A DNA stretch of 64,000 nt from Thermococcus sp. JdFR-02 (GTDB taxonomy: Archaea > Methanobacteriota_B > Thermococci > Thermococcales > Thermococcaceae), in contig MTLP01000031.1 of assembly GCA_002009975.1 (NCBI GenBank), positions 108,573-172,572 of the forward strand, given 5' to 3'. Positions 10,686 to 19,984 of this stretch are shown here, piece after piece (the stretch's first letter is position 1; each line of letters starts with the position of its first letter). Below the pieces are notes generated by a model. It did no database searches, was not told the DNA's origin, and was given only the letters and a program-made list of their open reading frames with translations. Both the position numbers and the translations under genes were made by a program.

Positions 10686-10726
10686 GGTGAGTTTAGAGTT
10701 TAGGTTTTTAAAGGTTACGATGGATT

Positions 10727-10921
10727 CTAAGTTTGCACTTTCCTTTTGCGATCCAAGAGTAGTTCTCCATCAATCCCAACATTCTCAGGAGAATTTTCCT
10801 TTATAAGCACAGTTATATGTCTTATTCCATAAATCTTAGATGCTACCTCTGTAAGTTCCCTAACTAACTTCCTCTTCTTTTCAATATCAATTGGTGGTCC
10901 TTCGATGATTATGGTCGGCAT
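10727..10921 (-). CDS. 4-oxalocrotonate tautomerase family protein (DmpI-like)
   Basis: N-terminal catalytic Pro (MPTIIIEG), ENVGIDG, about 64 aa. Confidence 0.85.
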   Translation of the reverse strand: MPTIIIEGPPIDIEKKRKLVRELTEVASKIYGIRHITVLIKENSPENVGIDGELLLDRKRKVQT

Positions 10922-10973
10922 CGTATCACCCATTAAAATTTGCGTTGAAACATCATAAAAATTTCCTATCTTC

Positions 10974-10988
10974 CAAAACTTTTAAATA
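10974..10988 (+). promoter_or_regulatory. BRE/TATA promoter of the leuS leader
   Basis: CAAAACT-TTTAAATA, predicting a start site near 11011. Confidence 0.6.
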
Positions 10989-11010
10989 CTAAAACCTCAA
11001 AAATAACGCC

Positions 11011-11102
11011 GATGCCAATGAGGGGGGATAGAGTTCTCAACGATTAAAGGTTACTTCTATGCTGATCCCCCTATTTGGCACTATCAACGCTTTTCCCCTT
11101 TT
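11011..11102 (+). promoter_or_regulatory. Structured 5' leader of leuS with uORF MPMRGDRVLND (11012-11047)
   Basis: TGCCAA/TTGGCA and GGGGGAT/ATCCCCC stems, followed by pyrimidine tract CTTTTCCCCTTTT; function is inferred. Confidence 0.5.
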
Positions 11103-11155
11103 GAAATGCAAACTGTTTTAAGTTCCCATTTTAACAACTTCAAGGAGGTTAGGGT

Positions 11156-14020
11156 ATGGTAGATTGGAAAGCAATTGAAGAAAAGTGGCAAAAGAAATGG
11201 AGCGAAGAGAAAGTCTTTGAACCTCAAATTGGTGAAAAGCCAAAATTCTATATAACGGTAGCATTTCCTTACTTATCTGGGCATTTACATGTAGGACATG
11301 CAAGAACTTATACAATCCCAGACGTAATTGCAAGATTCAAGAGAATGCAGGGATACAACGTATTATTCCCAATGGCTTGGCACATAACAGGTTCACCAAT
11401 AGTTGGAATTGCAGAAAGAATTAAGCATAGAGATCCCCAAACAATTTTCGTTTATAGAGACGTCTATAAAGTCCCTGAGGAGATTCTATGGACATTTGAA
11501 GATCCAGTGAATATCGTGAAGTACTTCATGAAAGCAGCAAAAGAGACTTTTAATAGAGCTGGATTTAGCGTAGATTGGAGTAGAGAATTCCACACAACAT
11601 CTCTACATCCGCAGTTCAATGCTTTCATAACTTGGCAGTTCTTAAAGCTAAAGGAGAAGGGATTAGTTGTTAAAGGAACTCACAGAGTTAGATGGGATCC
11701 TGTTGTTGGGACTCCTTTAGGAGATCACGACTTAATTGAAGGCGAAGATGTTCAAATCTTAGAATATATCCTAATCAAGTTCATCTTAGAAGAAAATGGT
11801 AAGCGTATTTATTTACCAGCCGCAACCCTAAGACCAGAAACAGTTTATGGAGTAACTAATATGTGGCTAAATCCAGATGCTACATACGTTAAAGCAAAGG
11901 TTAATGATGAAATTTGGGTCATAAGCAGAGAAGCCGCTTATAAGTTAAGCTTTCAAGACAAGAAGATTGAAGTCTTAGAGGAATTCAAAGGAGAAAAATT
12001 AATTGGAAAATGGGTCAAAAACCCAGTAACTGGCGATGAAATTATCATTCTACCAGCAGATTTTGTTGATCCAGATAATGCAACCGGTGTAGTTATGAGT
12101 GTTCCAGCACATGCGCCCTTTGATCATGCGGCATTAGAGGACATTAAAAAGAATACTGAGCTATTGTTAAAGTACGACATTGATCCTAGGATTGTAGAAA
12201 ACATAAGCTACATTTCTTTAATTAAGTTAGAGGGATATGGAGAATTCCCAGCAGTTGAAGAGGCTCAAAAATTGGGTGTTAAGAGTCAGGAAGATAAAGA
12301 AAAGTTAGAGCAGGCAACAAAGAACATCTACAAAGCTGAGTTCCATAAGGGTGTGTTCAAGATAGAACCATACAAAGGAGTTCCTGTGAGCAAAGTAAAA
12401 GACCTGATTGCCAACGATATGAAAGAGAAAGGAATAGCTGATATGATGTATGAATTTGCTGAAAAGAACGTTATTTCGAGATTTGGAAATAGAGCGGTAA
12501 TTAAAATTATTCATGACCAATGGTTCATAGATTATGGAAACCCAGAATGGAAAGAAAAGGCGAGAGAAGCTTTAGCCAACATGAAGATTTTACCAGAGTC
12601 AAGAAGAGCTCAATTTGAAGCTATTGTCGAGTGGTTAGACAAGAAAGCTTGTGCAAGGAAAGTGGGTTTAGGAACATCACTACCTTGGGACAGGGAATGG
12701 GTTATCGAAAGCTTGAGCGATTCAACCATTTATATGGCTTACTACACAATTTCAAGAGTTATCAACAAGCATGGAATTAAAGGGGAACAATTAATCCCAG
12801 AGTTATTTGATTACATATTCTTAGAAGAGTTCAGTGGAGCTAGGGAGGAAGAGCTAGGCAAAAAGACCGGAATTCCAAAGGAAGTTATTAGAGAGATGAA
12901 AGAAGAGTTCGAGTACTGGTATCCATTAGACTGGAGATGCTCAGCTAAGGACTTAATTCCAAATCACTTAACATTCTTCATATTCAACCACGTTGCAATA
13001 TTCAAGAAGAAGCACTGGCCAAGAGGAATTGCTGTAAACGGGTATGGAACATTAGAAGGCAAGAAAATGAGCAAGAGTAAGGGTAATGTCTTGAACTTTA
13101 TTGATGCAATTAAGGAAAATGGAGCAGATGTAGTGAGATTTTATATCATGAGCTTAGCTGAACATGACAGTGACTTCGATTGGAGAAGAGCAGAGGTTGC
13201 AAAGTTAAAGGGACAATTGGAGAGATTTTACGAACTAATAGAACAATTTGCAAGCTATGAAATCAGAGAAGGCGTTAAACTAAAAGATATTGATCGCTGG
13301 CTATTACACCGCTTAAACAAGGCAATTTATGAAACCACAAAAGCTTTAGATGAATTTAGGACAAGAACGGCATCTCAATGGGCATTCTACAGCATTTTAA
13401 ATGACCTAAAATGGTACATGAGAAGAACTGAAGGAAGAGATGACGATGCAAAGCGCTATGTGTTAAGAAGCTTAGCAGATGTTTGGGTTAGGTTAATGGC
13501 ACCGTTTACACCTCACATCTGTGAAGAATTGTGGCAAAAATTAGGCGGAAATGGATTCGTGAGCTTAGCTAAGTGGCCCGAGCCTAAAGAAGAGTGGTGG
13601 AACGAGGAGCTGGAAATTGAGGAGGAATACATCAAAGACCTAATTGATGATATCAAAGAAATTCTAAGCGTTGCAAAGATTGAGAATCCAAAGAGGGCTT
13701 ACATTTATACAGCTGAAGATTGGAAGTGGAAGATAGCGGAGATAGTTGCCCAAAAGAAGGACTTCAAAGCGGCAATGAGTGAAGCCATGAAAGACCCAGA
13801 GATGAGAAAGAAAGGTAAAGAAGTTGCCAACCTCGTGAATAGATTAATAAAAGAGAGGGTCTTTGAAGTGAAGCGCATTGACGAAGAAAAAGCATTGAGA
13901 GAATCAAAAGACTTCATTGAGAAAGAAATTGGTTTAGAAATAATTATCAATCCAGAAGAGGATAAAGGTGGAAAGAAGAAGCAAGCAATGCCAATGAAAC
14001 CTGCCGTGTTTATTGAGTAA
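11156..14020 (+). CDS. leuS: Leucine--tRNA ligase (archaeal type)
   Basis: [11 protein letters not shown] (HIGH), KMSKSKGN (KMSKS), TLRPET and GTGVV-like ([16 protein letters not shown]) editing domain, C-terminal [11 protein letters not shown]. Confidence 0.97.
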   Translation: MVDWKAIEEKWQKKWSEEKVFEPQIGEKPKFYITVAFPYLSGHLHVGHARTYTIPDVIARFKRMQGYNVLFPMAWHITGSPIVGIAERIKHRDPQTIFVYRDVYKVPEEILWTFEDPVNIVKYFMKAAKETFNRAGFSVDWSREFHTTSLHPQFNAFITWQFLKLKEKGLVVKGTHRVRWDPVVGTPLGDHDLIEGEDVQILEYILIKFILEENGKRIYLPAATLRPETVYGVTNMWLNPDATYVKAKVNDEIWVISREAAYKLSFQDKKIEVLEEFKGEKLIGKWVKNPVTGDEIIILPADFVDPDNATGVVMSVPAHAPFDHAALEDIKKNTELLLKYDIDPRIVENISYISLIKLEGYGEFPAVEEAQKLGVKSQEDKEKLEQATKNIYKAEFHKGVFKIEPYKGVPVSKVKDLIANDMKEKGIADMMYEFAEKNVISRFGNRAVIKIIHDQWFIDYGNPEWKEKAREALANMKILPESRRAQFEAIVEWLDKKACARKVGLGTSLPWDREWVIESLSDSTIYMAYYTISRVINKHGIKGEQLIPELFDYIFLEEFSGAREEELGKKTGIPKEVIREMKEEFEYWYPLDWRCSAKDLIPNHLTFFIFNHVAIFKKKHWPRGIAVNGYGTLEGKKMSKSKGNVLNFIDAIKENGADVVRFYIMSLAEHDSDFDWRRAEVAKLKGQLERFYELIEQFASYEIREGVKLKDIDRWLLHRLNKAIYETTKALDEFRTRTASQWAFYSILNDLKWYMRRTEGRDDDAKRYVLRSLADVWVRLMAPFTPHICEELWQKLGGNGFVSLAKWPEPKEEWWNEELEIEEEYIKDLIDDIKEILSVAKIENPKRAYIYTAEDWKWKIAEIVAQKKDFKAAMSEAMKDPEMRKKGKEVANLVNRLIKERVFEVKRIDEEKALRESKDFIEKEIGLEIIINPEEDKGGKKKQAMPMKPAVFIE

Positions 14021-14021
14021 T

Positions 14022-14522
14022 CTAAATTTTGCCTTCTTTCTTTAGTTTTAGAAGTTTTTTGCCAAGTTCAGTCAAAACTCGCTTGTTATGTTCTACCTTT
14101 ATTATCCCTGCAGATGATAAATATGATAAATATGCTACTAGAGTGTTTTTAGACATGTCTGTTTTTTCTTCCATTAACTTAATAATCTCCTTTGTTGTCT
14201 TTCCATTTATTTCTTCCAGATCAAATAAGTTAATTAATTTCATAATGTTATTTAAAGTGTAACCACTCCCTTTTTTATTTTTTATGTTCTCTTCAATTTC
14301 TTGGAGAATGTCATCTAATTCAAAGTTTAAGTTTTCAATATTTTCATGACTTTGTTCTTGCTGAATTTTTATTAAGTTCATCATTTCTAGAAGTCGAATC
14401 CTATAAGGTTCTAAAAGTCTTCTAATAAGCTCCTGCACTGTTATTCCTCTAATCTTCGCTTCAAGTTCCAAATTTTCATAAAAATCCTTCGGAAGTTCAA
14501 TTTTAATTTTTATGATTTCCAT
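14022..14522 (-). CDS. Putative DNA-binding protein: N-terminal ribbon-helix-helix-like, C-terminal winged-HTH-like
   Basis: IKIKIELPKDFYENLELEAKIRGITVQELIRRLL resembles CopG/RHH; TKEII..MSKNTLVAYLSYLSSAGII..VLTELG resembles a wHTH; GGTGGTGA RBS. Confidence 0.6.
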   Translation of the reverse strand: MEIIKIKIELPKDFYENLELEAKIRGITVQELIRRLLEPYRIRLLEMMNLIKIQQEQSHENIENLNFELDDILQEIEENIKNKKGSGYTLNNIMKLINLFDLEEINGKTTKEIIKLMEEKTDMSKNTLVAYLSYLSSAGIIKVEHNKRVLTELGKKLLKLKKEGKI

Positions 14523-14542
14523 GAAATCACCACCATTAATAT

Positions 14543-15418
14543 TCATAATGACATTCCTCTGAAGCGCTGTATCCTTAGCTCAAATTCATTTGTTAAGCTT
14601 TCAAAGAATTTTTGTGCCTTCTCATTTTTTCGAAGTATCCGTTCAATTGGAGATTTCCTCTTTTTTGTTGCATAAAGAGAGATTCTTCTTAAGTCCGAAA
14701 TTGAGTACACTACTGTATTAAACAATAATTCCTCATACAAAAGTTCTCTAAGTGGTGTATCTTTAAATTTTTCTTTAATTTTGTGTTCTAAATAATTCTT
14801 AACTTTTTTAAGTCCAGTAGTTACTCGTGAGTTTACATTATTCAGAACAATACCAATTAGTTTTGGTTTATCTTTTCTTTCATCAATAAGGGCATAATAG
14901 GCATAGAGAATTTTGTTTACAAAGAAAATTGTACCATTTACGTTCAGATCACCAAGGTCAGTAGGGACAATTATGTAATTTGACACTTCAAGTCCATAAC
15001 GAGCAAATATCGGATCGGGTGGGCAATCAATTATCACATAATCAAACTTATCCAAACTTCTCTCTTGTCTAAAATACTGTCTAAGAGTTTCTGGACCTAA
15101 TAATCCAGCTCCAAATCTTCTCAGGAATACATCTGCAAAGAAGTTCACTGAAGAAGGTATTATTTTTAGATTCTCCCTAACTTTATTGTTCTCAATAAGT
15201 TCTGGTTTTGAATATGGGAACTTTCTATTTTGAAGTAAATGATAAACATTCTTATTAGGAGTTGCCTTAAAGAATACTGATGTTAAATGGGCTTGAGGAT
15301 CAAAGTCAATAAGACAGACTTTTTTATTTTGCATAGCTAATGATACACCCAAGATGGCAGATAATGTTGTTTTCCCAGTTCCTCCTTTTAAATTCACAAT
15401 AGAAACAATATTTGTCAT
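14543..15418 (-). CDS. ParA/Soj-family ATPase
   Basis: Deviant Walker A NLKGGTGKTT, Walker A' IDFDPQ, Walker B IIDCPP, GIVLNNV. Confidence 0.9.
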   Translation of the reverse strand: MTNIVSIVNLKGGTGKTTLSAILGVSLAMQNKKVCLIDFDPQAHLTSVFFKATPNKNVYHLLQNRKFPYSKPELIENNKVRENLKIIPSSVNFFADVFLRRFGAGLLGPETLRQYFRQERSLDKFDYVIIDCPPDPIFARYGLEVSNYIIVPTDLGDLNVNGTIFFVNKILYAYYALIDERKDKPKLIGIVLNNVNSRVTTGLKKVKNYLEHKIKEKFKDTPLRELLYEELLFNTVVYSISDLRRISLYATKKRKSPIERILRKNEKAQKFFESLTNEFELRIQRFRGMSL

Positions 15419-15730
15419 AAACCTCACCAAATATAAAATATTACGCTAAGAATTTAAAAATTTTTCACAATTTGACATAACATAAATAAGCCATTTTTTG
15501 AGCATAAGATAACAAATAACAATTATGCTATGTTTACTTAATAAAAGCAGTTAATAACTTAAAGGATTCACTCAAATACCTAATTCTCAACTTGTTAGAA
15601 AAGTATGATTGAAAAAAACTATAATGGCTTTTAAAATATAATAGGGATAAGGAATATAAAACTATTTTTCCCTTTTAGTAAAATGATAAAAGTAAAATGA
15701 AAGTCAAAAAGGAGAGAATCTTTTCATGAT

Positions 15731-16759
15731 CTAATACTCCCTTTCCACTATGAAATCGGCGAGCAGTTCAAGATTTTTCCTTGCTTCGCTCTCTGGGAGA
15801 ACCTTTAAAGCATCTTTAGCATCTTTTATCAGATCCTTTGCGATCTTTGAAGCGTATTCGATACTTCCATACTTTTTCAATAGCTCAATCGCCTTTTGAA
15901 CCTCTTCTCTAATATCTTCCTTAATGACAGCATCACCTTTAACATCGCCAGCATATTTTCCAAAGACCTTAAAGAACTCCTGTCTATCTTCCTCACTTGC
16001 ATTTTCCAAAAAGTGAGCAACTATTAAAGTCCTTTTGCCTTTCCTTATGTCGCTTCCCACAGGTTTTCCAAGCTTCTCCTCATCAGCTATTAAGTCCAAA
16101 ACATCATCCCAAATTTGGAACGCAATTCCAACATTTCTGCCGTATGTAGACAAAGCTTGAATATATTCCTCATTATCAGTCCCGATTATTGCTCCAATAG
16201 TAGCTGAAGCATCAAATAAAGCTCCAGTTTTTCCACTAATCATCTTCATATATTCCTCAACAGTAACATCGTTTCTCGTCTCAAAGTCAATATCCATGGC
16301 TTGACCTTCACACAGCTCATTTGAAGTTTTTGCCATAACATCTAAGATTCTCACCACTTTTTTAGCATCTATTGGGATTTTTGCTATTGATTCAAAGACC
16401 TTTGAAAACAGCAAGTCTCCAGCCAATATAGCCAAGTTAATGCCCCAGAGGACATGAACTGTTGGTTTCCCTCTTCTTTTTTCATCCATATCCATTATAT
16501 CATCATGAACGAGTGAATAGTTATGTAAAAGCTCAACTGCAACAGCTCCATAAACGGCTTTATTTGGATCTCCTCCCACCGCTTCACTCGCGCTCAAAAC
16601 CACAAAGGGTCTAACCCTTTTTCCTCCAGCTAGTGGATAATGCCTTGCGGCATCGTAGAGCTTCTTTGGATCTTTTTCTGGAATAAGTTCAAATATAGCT
16701 TCATCGACAGCTTTAGCCTTTTCTTTTATTGCTTCAAAGAGAGATTCAAACTTTTCCAT
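15731..16759 (-). CDS. idsA: Geranylgeranyl diphosphate synthase (polyprenyl synthetase)
   Basis: GGKRVRP, first DDxxD motif (HDDIMD..RRG), second motif FQIWDDVLD, GKPVGSD. Confidence 0.93.
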   Translation of the reverse strand: MEKFESLFEAIKEKAKAVDEAIFELIPEKDPKKLYDAARHYPLAGGKRVRPFVVLSASEAVGGDPNKAVYGAVAVELLHNYSLVHDDIMDMDEKRRGKPTVHVLWGINLAILAGDLLFSKVFESIAKIPIDAKKVVRILDVMAKTSNELCEGQAMDIDFETRNDVTVEEYMKMISGKTGALFDASATIGAIIGTDNEEYIQALSTYGRNVGIAFQIWDDVLDLIADEEKLGKPVGSDIRKGKRTLIVAHFLENASEEDRQEFFKVFGKYAGDVKGDAVIKEDIREEVQKAIELLKKYGSIEYASKIAKDLIKDAKDALKVLPESEARKNLELLADFIVEREY

Positions 16760-16763
16760 GTTA

Positions 16764-18089
16764 TCACCCCGTTATCTCAACTTTATACTCATTCCTTGAT
16801 ACAAACACATCTTTTCCAATCAAATACCCTTCTTCTTCAGCCATTTCAGCATAGTGAGTAAGCATCCTAAATTCTCCGTGAGCAGGAACAATATTTTCAG
16901 GATTTAAAAGCTTAATTAAATATCTATGATCCTCTCTACTTGCATGTCCCGATACGTGTAAATCCTTAATCATTCTAACGCCTCTCATCCTAAGCTTTGT
17001 CTCTAAAGCATATCTCTGAGCAATGTTTAATGGATTTGGAATCACACCAGCTGAGAAAACAACTGTATCTTCCTTTCCAAGGTTATAAAGTTCACCATTA
17101 GCCATTCTTGTTAAAACGGCTCCAGGCTCTCCTTGATGTCCAGTAACTATCAAAAGATAATTTTCCTTAGCTTGGGCAACTTCTCTTAAGGTTTTTTGAA
17201 CTGCATTTGGACTTCTAACCACTTTTGAGCCTTTCATTTTTATTAAACCCAATTGTTTAGCTATCCCCGTGTATTTTGCCAGCGAACGACCAACTAAAAT
17301 AGCCTGCCTTCCCATTTTGTTTGCTATGTCTATAAGCTCTTGAAGTCTTGCAATATGGGAGGCAAAAGTAGTTGCTATCAACCCTTTCTCATCCATTCCT
17401 TCGTAGAGAAAGAAGTCTTCTAAGAGCATTTTTGCTACAGCTTCGCTTGGAGTTTTTGTTTCTTGAGCAACCCTTGTTGATTCAGCTATTAACACCTTCA
17501 CTCCCTCTTGTCCTATCTCCTTTAGCCGTTTATAGTCTGGTCTTTCACCCATTGGATTGTTGTTATCAAACTTGAAATCACAGGCATAAACTATAGCTCC
17601 TTCTGGTGTATGAACCACAACGAAAGAGGTTTGGGGTATTGAGTGAGTTATCTGCACAAATTCAATAGCCAAATTCTCACTAACTTGGACAATCTCGCCA
17701 TAATTTGTCTCATACATTGGATTGGTGACCTCAAAGTACTGCTCACTCTTAACTTCATTTTTTGTTAGCTTTATGGTGTAAGGTGTCCCATAAATTGGAA
17801 CATTGGGATAATGGGGAGCTAACTTAGCTACAGCCCCAATATGATCCAAATGACCATGAGAAAATGCAATTGCGACAACTTTTTTGTTCTTAAGTGAAGT
17901 ATCATCTGGAATTGCTCCAATCTTCCTAAGCTCTCTTGAACTCATCCGTTGAAAATTAACATCCTCATGAATTAAAACCCTATCAAGCCTTATTCCCATA
18001 TCGATTATTACAACTTCTCCCTCATATTCTATGGCGGTCATGTTCTTTCCTACTTCCTCGTAACCGCCTATGGTGTAAATGGTAATCAT
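16764..18089 (-). CDS. rnj: Archaeal RNase J (beta-CASP ribonuclease)
   Basis: GGYEEVGKNMT, SHGHLDHIG, GHQGEP, HVSGHA, PAHGE motifs. Confidence 0.93.
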   Translation of the reverse strand: MITIYTIGGYEEVGKNMTAIEYEGEVVIIDMGIRLDRVLIHEDVNFQRMSSRELRKIGAIPDDTSLKNKKVVAIAFSHGHLDHIGAVAKLAPHYPNVPIYGTPYTIKLTKNEVKSEQYFEVTNPMYETNYGEIVQVSENLAIEFVQITHSIPQTSFVVVHTPEGAIVYACDFKFDNNNPMGERPDYKRLKEIGQEGVKVLIAESTRVAQETKTPSEAVAKMLLEDFFLYEGMDEKGLIATTFASHIARLQELIDIANKMGRQAILVGRSLAKYTGIAKQLGLIKMKGSKVVRSPNAVQKTLREVAQAKENYLLIVTGHQGEPGAVLTRMANGELYNLGKEDTVVFSAGVIPNPLNIAQRYALETKLRMRGVRMIKDLHVSGHASREDHRYLIKLLNPENIVPAHGEFRMLTHYAEMAEEEGYLIGKDVFVSRNEYKVEITG

Positions 18090-18115
18090 TTCTGTTCCTC
18101 CTTTTGGATTTTAAT

Positions 18116-18176
18116 TGAGACGGACGTTCGTCGGTCTCACTTATTGGTAGATGGGATTGAAACCCCATCAAGCTAC
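18116..18176 (-). promoter_or_regulatory. Two-hairpin 5' UTR of rnj
   Basis: GUAG..GAUGGG/CCCAUC.UAC and UGAGAC.GACG/CGUC.GUCUCA stems between TATA TTTTAAA (18196-18203) and GGAGG RBS. Confidence 0.55.
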
Positions 18177-18231
18177 ATTATACTTGAGTAGAGAGTTTAA
18201 AAAGATGTGCCCTAAGTAAGAAAGAAAAAAC

Positions 18232-19353
18232 TTAAGGAATAGCTCTTCTTCTCTCCCTTAAAAACTCCCACAAGTCAATTCTTTGCTCAAGCCATTCCCT
18301 TGCAAAACTCGCAATTACTAGAGGAACTTTTCTAAGCTCTTCAACGTTCCTTGCACCAACTAAGAACATAGCATTCTTAAGCTCGTCAATATATCTTTGG
18401 AGAATTTTAACTACCCCTTCAACGTCTCCTTTAGCTGCTGGCTTTAATAAAGGCAAGGCTATACCAGCTAAATTTGCTCCCAAGGCTAAAGCCTTAGCTA
18501 TTTGGATCCCATCCCTCATCCCACCTGTCGCAATAATTGGTAGGTCAGTTGCATATCTAACTTCAGCAACACTTATAGCTGTAGGAATCCCCCAATCCCA
18601 GAATTTTAGAGCTAAATTTTTGCTTCTTTCGTCTTTAGCTCTATAATACTCAACACCGCTCCAAGAGGTTCCACCTAAGCCGCCAACATCTATTGCATCA
18701 ATTCCAATGCTTTCAAGCTTTATAGCAACTTCCATTGAAACTCCGGCGCCTGTTTCTTTTGCTATTATTGGATAAGGGAACTTGCTTTTAAGCTCAGCTA
18801 AAGCTTTTAGAACGCCTCTATATTGTGTATCTCCCTCAGGCTGAACGCTTTCTTGTAAAGGATTCATGTGAATGGCTAATGCATCAGCTTGAATTGTTTC
18901 TACAGCTTTGAGGGCTTCATCAGTTCCATAACCTAAAACAAATTGAGCCGCTCCTAAATTCCCAACTAAAAAGATATCAGGTGCTACATCCCTAACGTAA
19001 TAACTCTCCCAAGTCTCAGGCTTTCTTATCATTGCTCTCTGACTTCCAACACCCATTGCTATGTTTAACTCCTGAGCAGCTTTAGCGAGAGTTTTGTTAA
19101 TTTTCCCAGCTATTTGAGAGCCTTTTGTTCCTCCCGTCATTCCAGCTATCATTATTGGATAGTCAAGCTTGTGACCGAGGAATTCAACGCTTAAGTCTAT
19201 CTCATCTTTGTCAATTTCAGGTAAAGCTTGATGAACGAAGTAAATGTTTTCAAAAGCATTGCTAACATGAGCTTCAACCTGCTTAGTTAAGCAATGCTCT
19301 ATATGCTCAAACTTCCTAATAACTGTGAGCTCTTCTTTGTCAAAATGCTCCAT
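18232..19353 (-). CDS. fni: Type 2 isopentenyl-diphosphate delta-isomerase
   Basis: [39 protein letters not shown]. Confidence 0.95.
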   Translation of the reverse strand: MEHFDKEELTVIRKFEHIEHCLTKQVEAHVSNAFENIYFVHQALPEIDKDEIDLSVEFLGHKLDYPIMIAGMTGGTKGSQIAGKINKTLAKAAQELNIAMGVGSQRAMIRKPETWESYYVRDVAPDIFLVGNLGAAQFVLGYGTDEALKAVETIQADALAIHMNPLQESVQPEGDTQYRGVLKALAELKSKFPYPIIAKETGAGVSMEVAIKLESIGIDAIDVGGLGGTSWSGVEYYRAKDERSKNLALKFWDWGIPTAISVAEVRYATDLPIIATGGMRDGIQIAKALALGANLAGIALPLLKPAAKGDVEGVVKILQRYIDELKNAMFLVGARNVEELRKVPLVIASFAREWLEQRIDLWEFLRERRRAIP

Positions 19354-19492
19354 AAAACCCACCTCCTTAAAGAGAAACGCTAAGATAGGTTAAGAGGTTT
19401 TTGGAAAGGAATCACCAAGATTCTATGTAGATTTTTCCTTTTACTTAAAGTAATTTTTTATGGGTGATTTTACAATTATAGTTTTGCAAACC

Positions 19493-19984
19493 CTACTGCT
19501 TTGTCTTATTTACATACACAATGGCTGGAAATATACCATGGCTTTTTATGCATGTCGTTGTTGTCTTATTTAGTAATGTTGTTGTAATACACTCTGTTGA
19601 GTTTACAATCTTACCTCCATGAGCTTCGAAGAAAGAGAGATATTTAGAAATTATCTCCTCATTTGTTGGAATAAGTTCAACCGAATGGGCAGTTATATTA
19701 AAAATCGCCAAGTAAGTAGAATTTTTGATGTGTATTATTGCATCCTGTCGGATTATCGTGCAGTTGGGACACTTACCCATAACATAAAGAGTTACTTGCG
19801 GCTCAATTTTATAGTCATAAATGCCATTGTCATGAAGAATGCTTTCCATATTTGTGAGAAGATAAGCAAGTGGACTGATAGGTTCTTTCGATGTACTACC
19901 TTTTTGATTCTCAATAAACACCTTTACAGCTATTAATGAAAATAAAATGAAAAAGACGATAAGGTACTTTTTTGTGAGTTTCAT
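19493..19984 (-). CDS. Hypothetical protein with N-terminal membrane anchor
   Basis: Single N-terminal hydrophobic helix, two Cys pairs (CPNC, C..C), NxS/T sequons; ATGA overlap with the upstream gene. Confidence 0.7.
   Translation of the reverse strand: MKLTKKYLIVFFILFSLIAVKVFIENQKGSTSKEPISPLAYLLTNMESILHDNGIYDYKIEPQVTLYVMGKCPNCTIIRQDAIIHIKNSTYLAIFNITAHSVELIPTNEEIISKYLSFFEAHGGKIVNSTECITTTLLNKTTTTCIKSHGIFPAIVYVNKTKQ

Noticed and set aside
11018-11065. ATGAGG...CTGA as a box C/D guide sRNA
   Set aside because: No internal C'/D' boxes, and the flanks pair as a long hairpin incompatible with a C/D terminal motif
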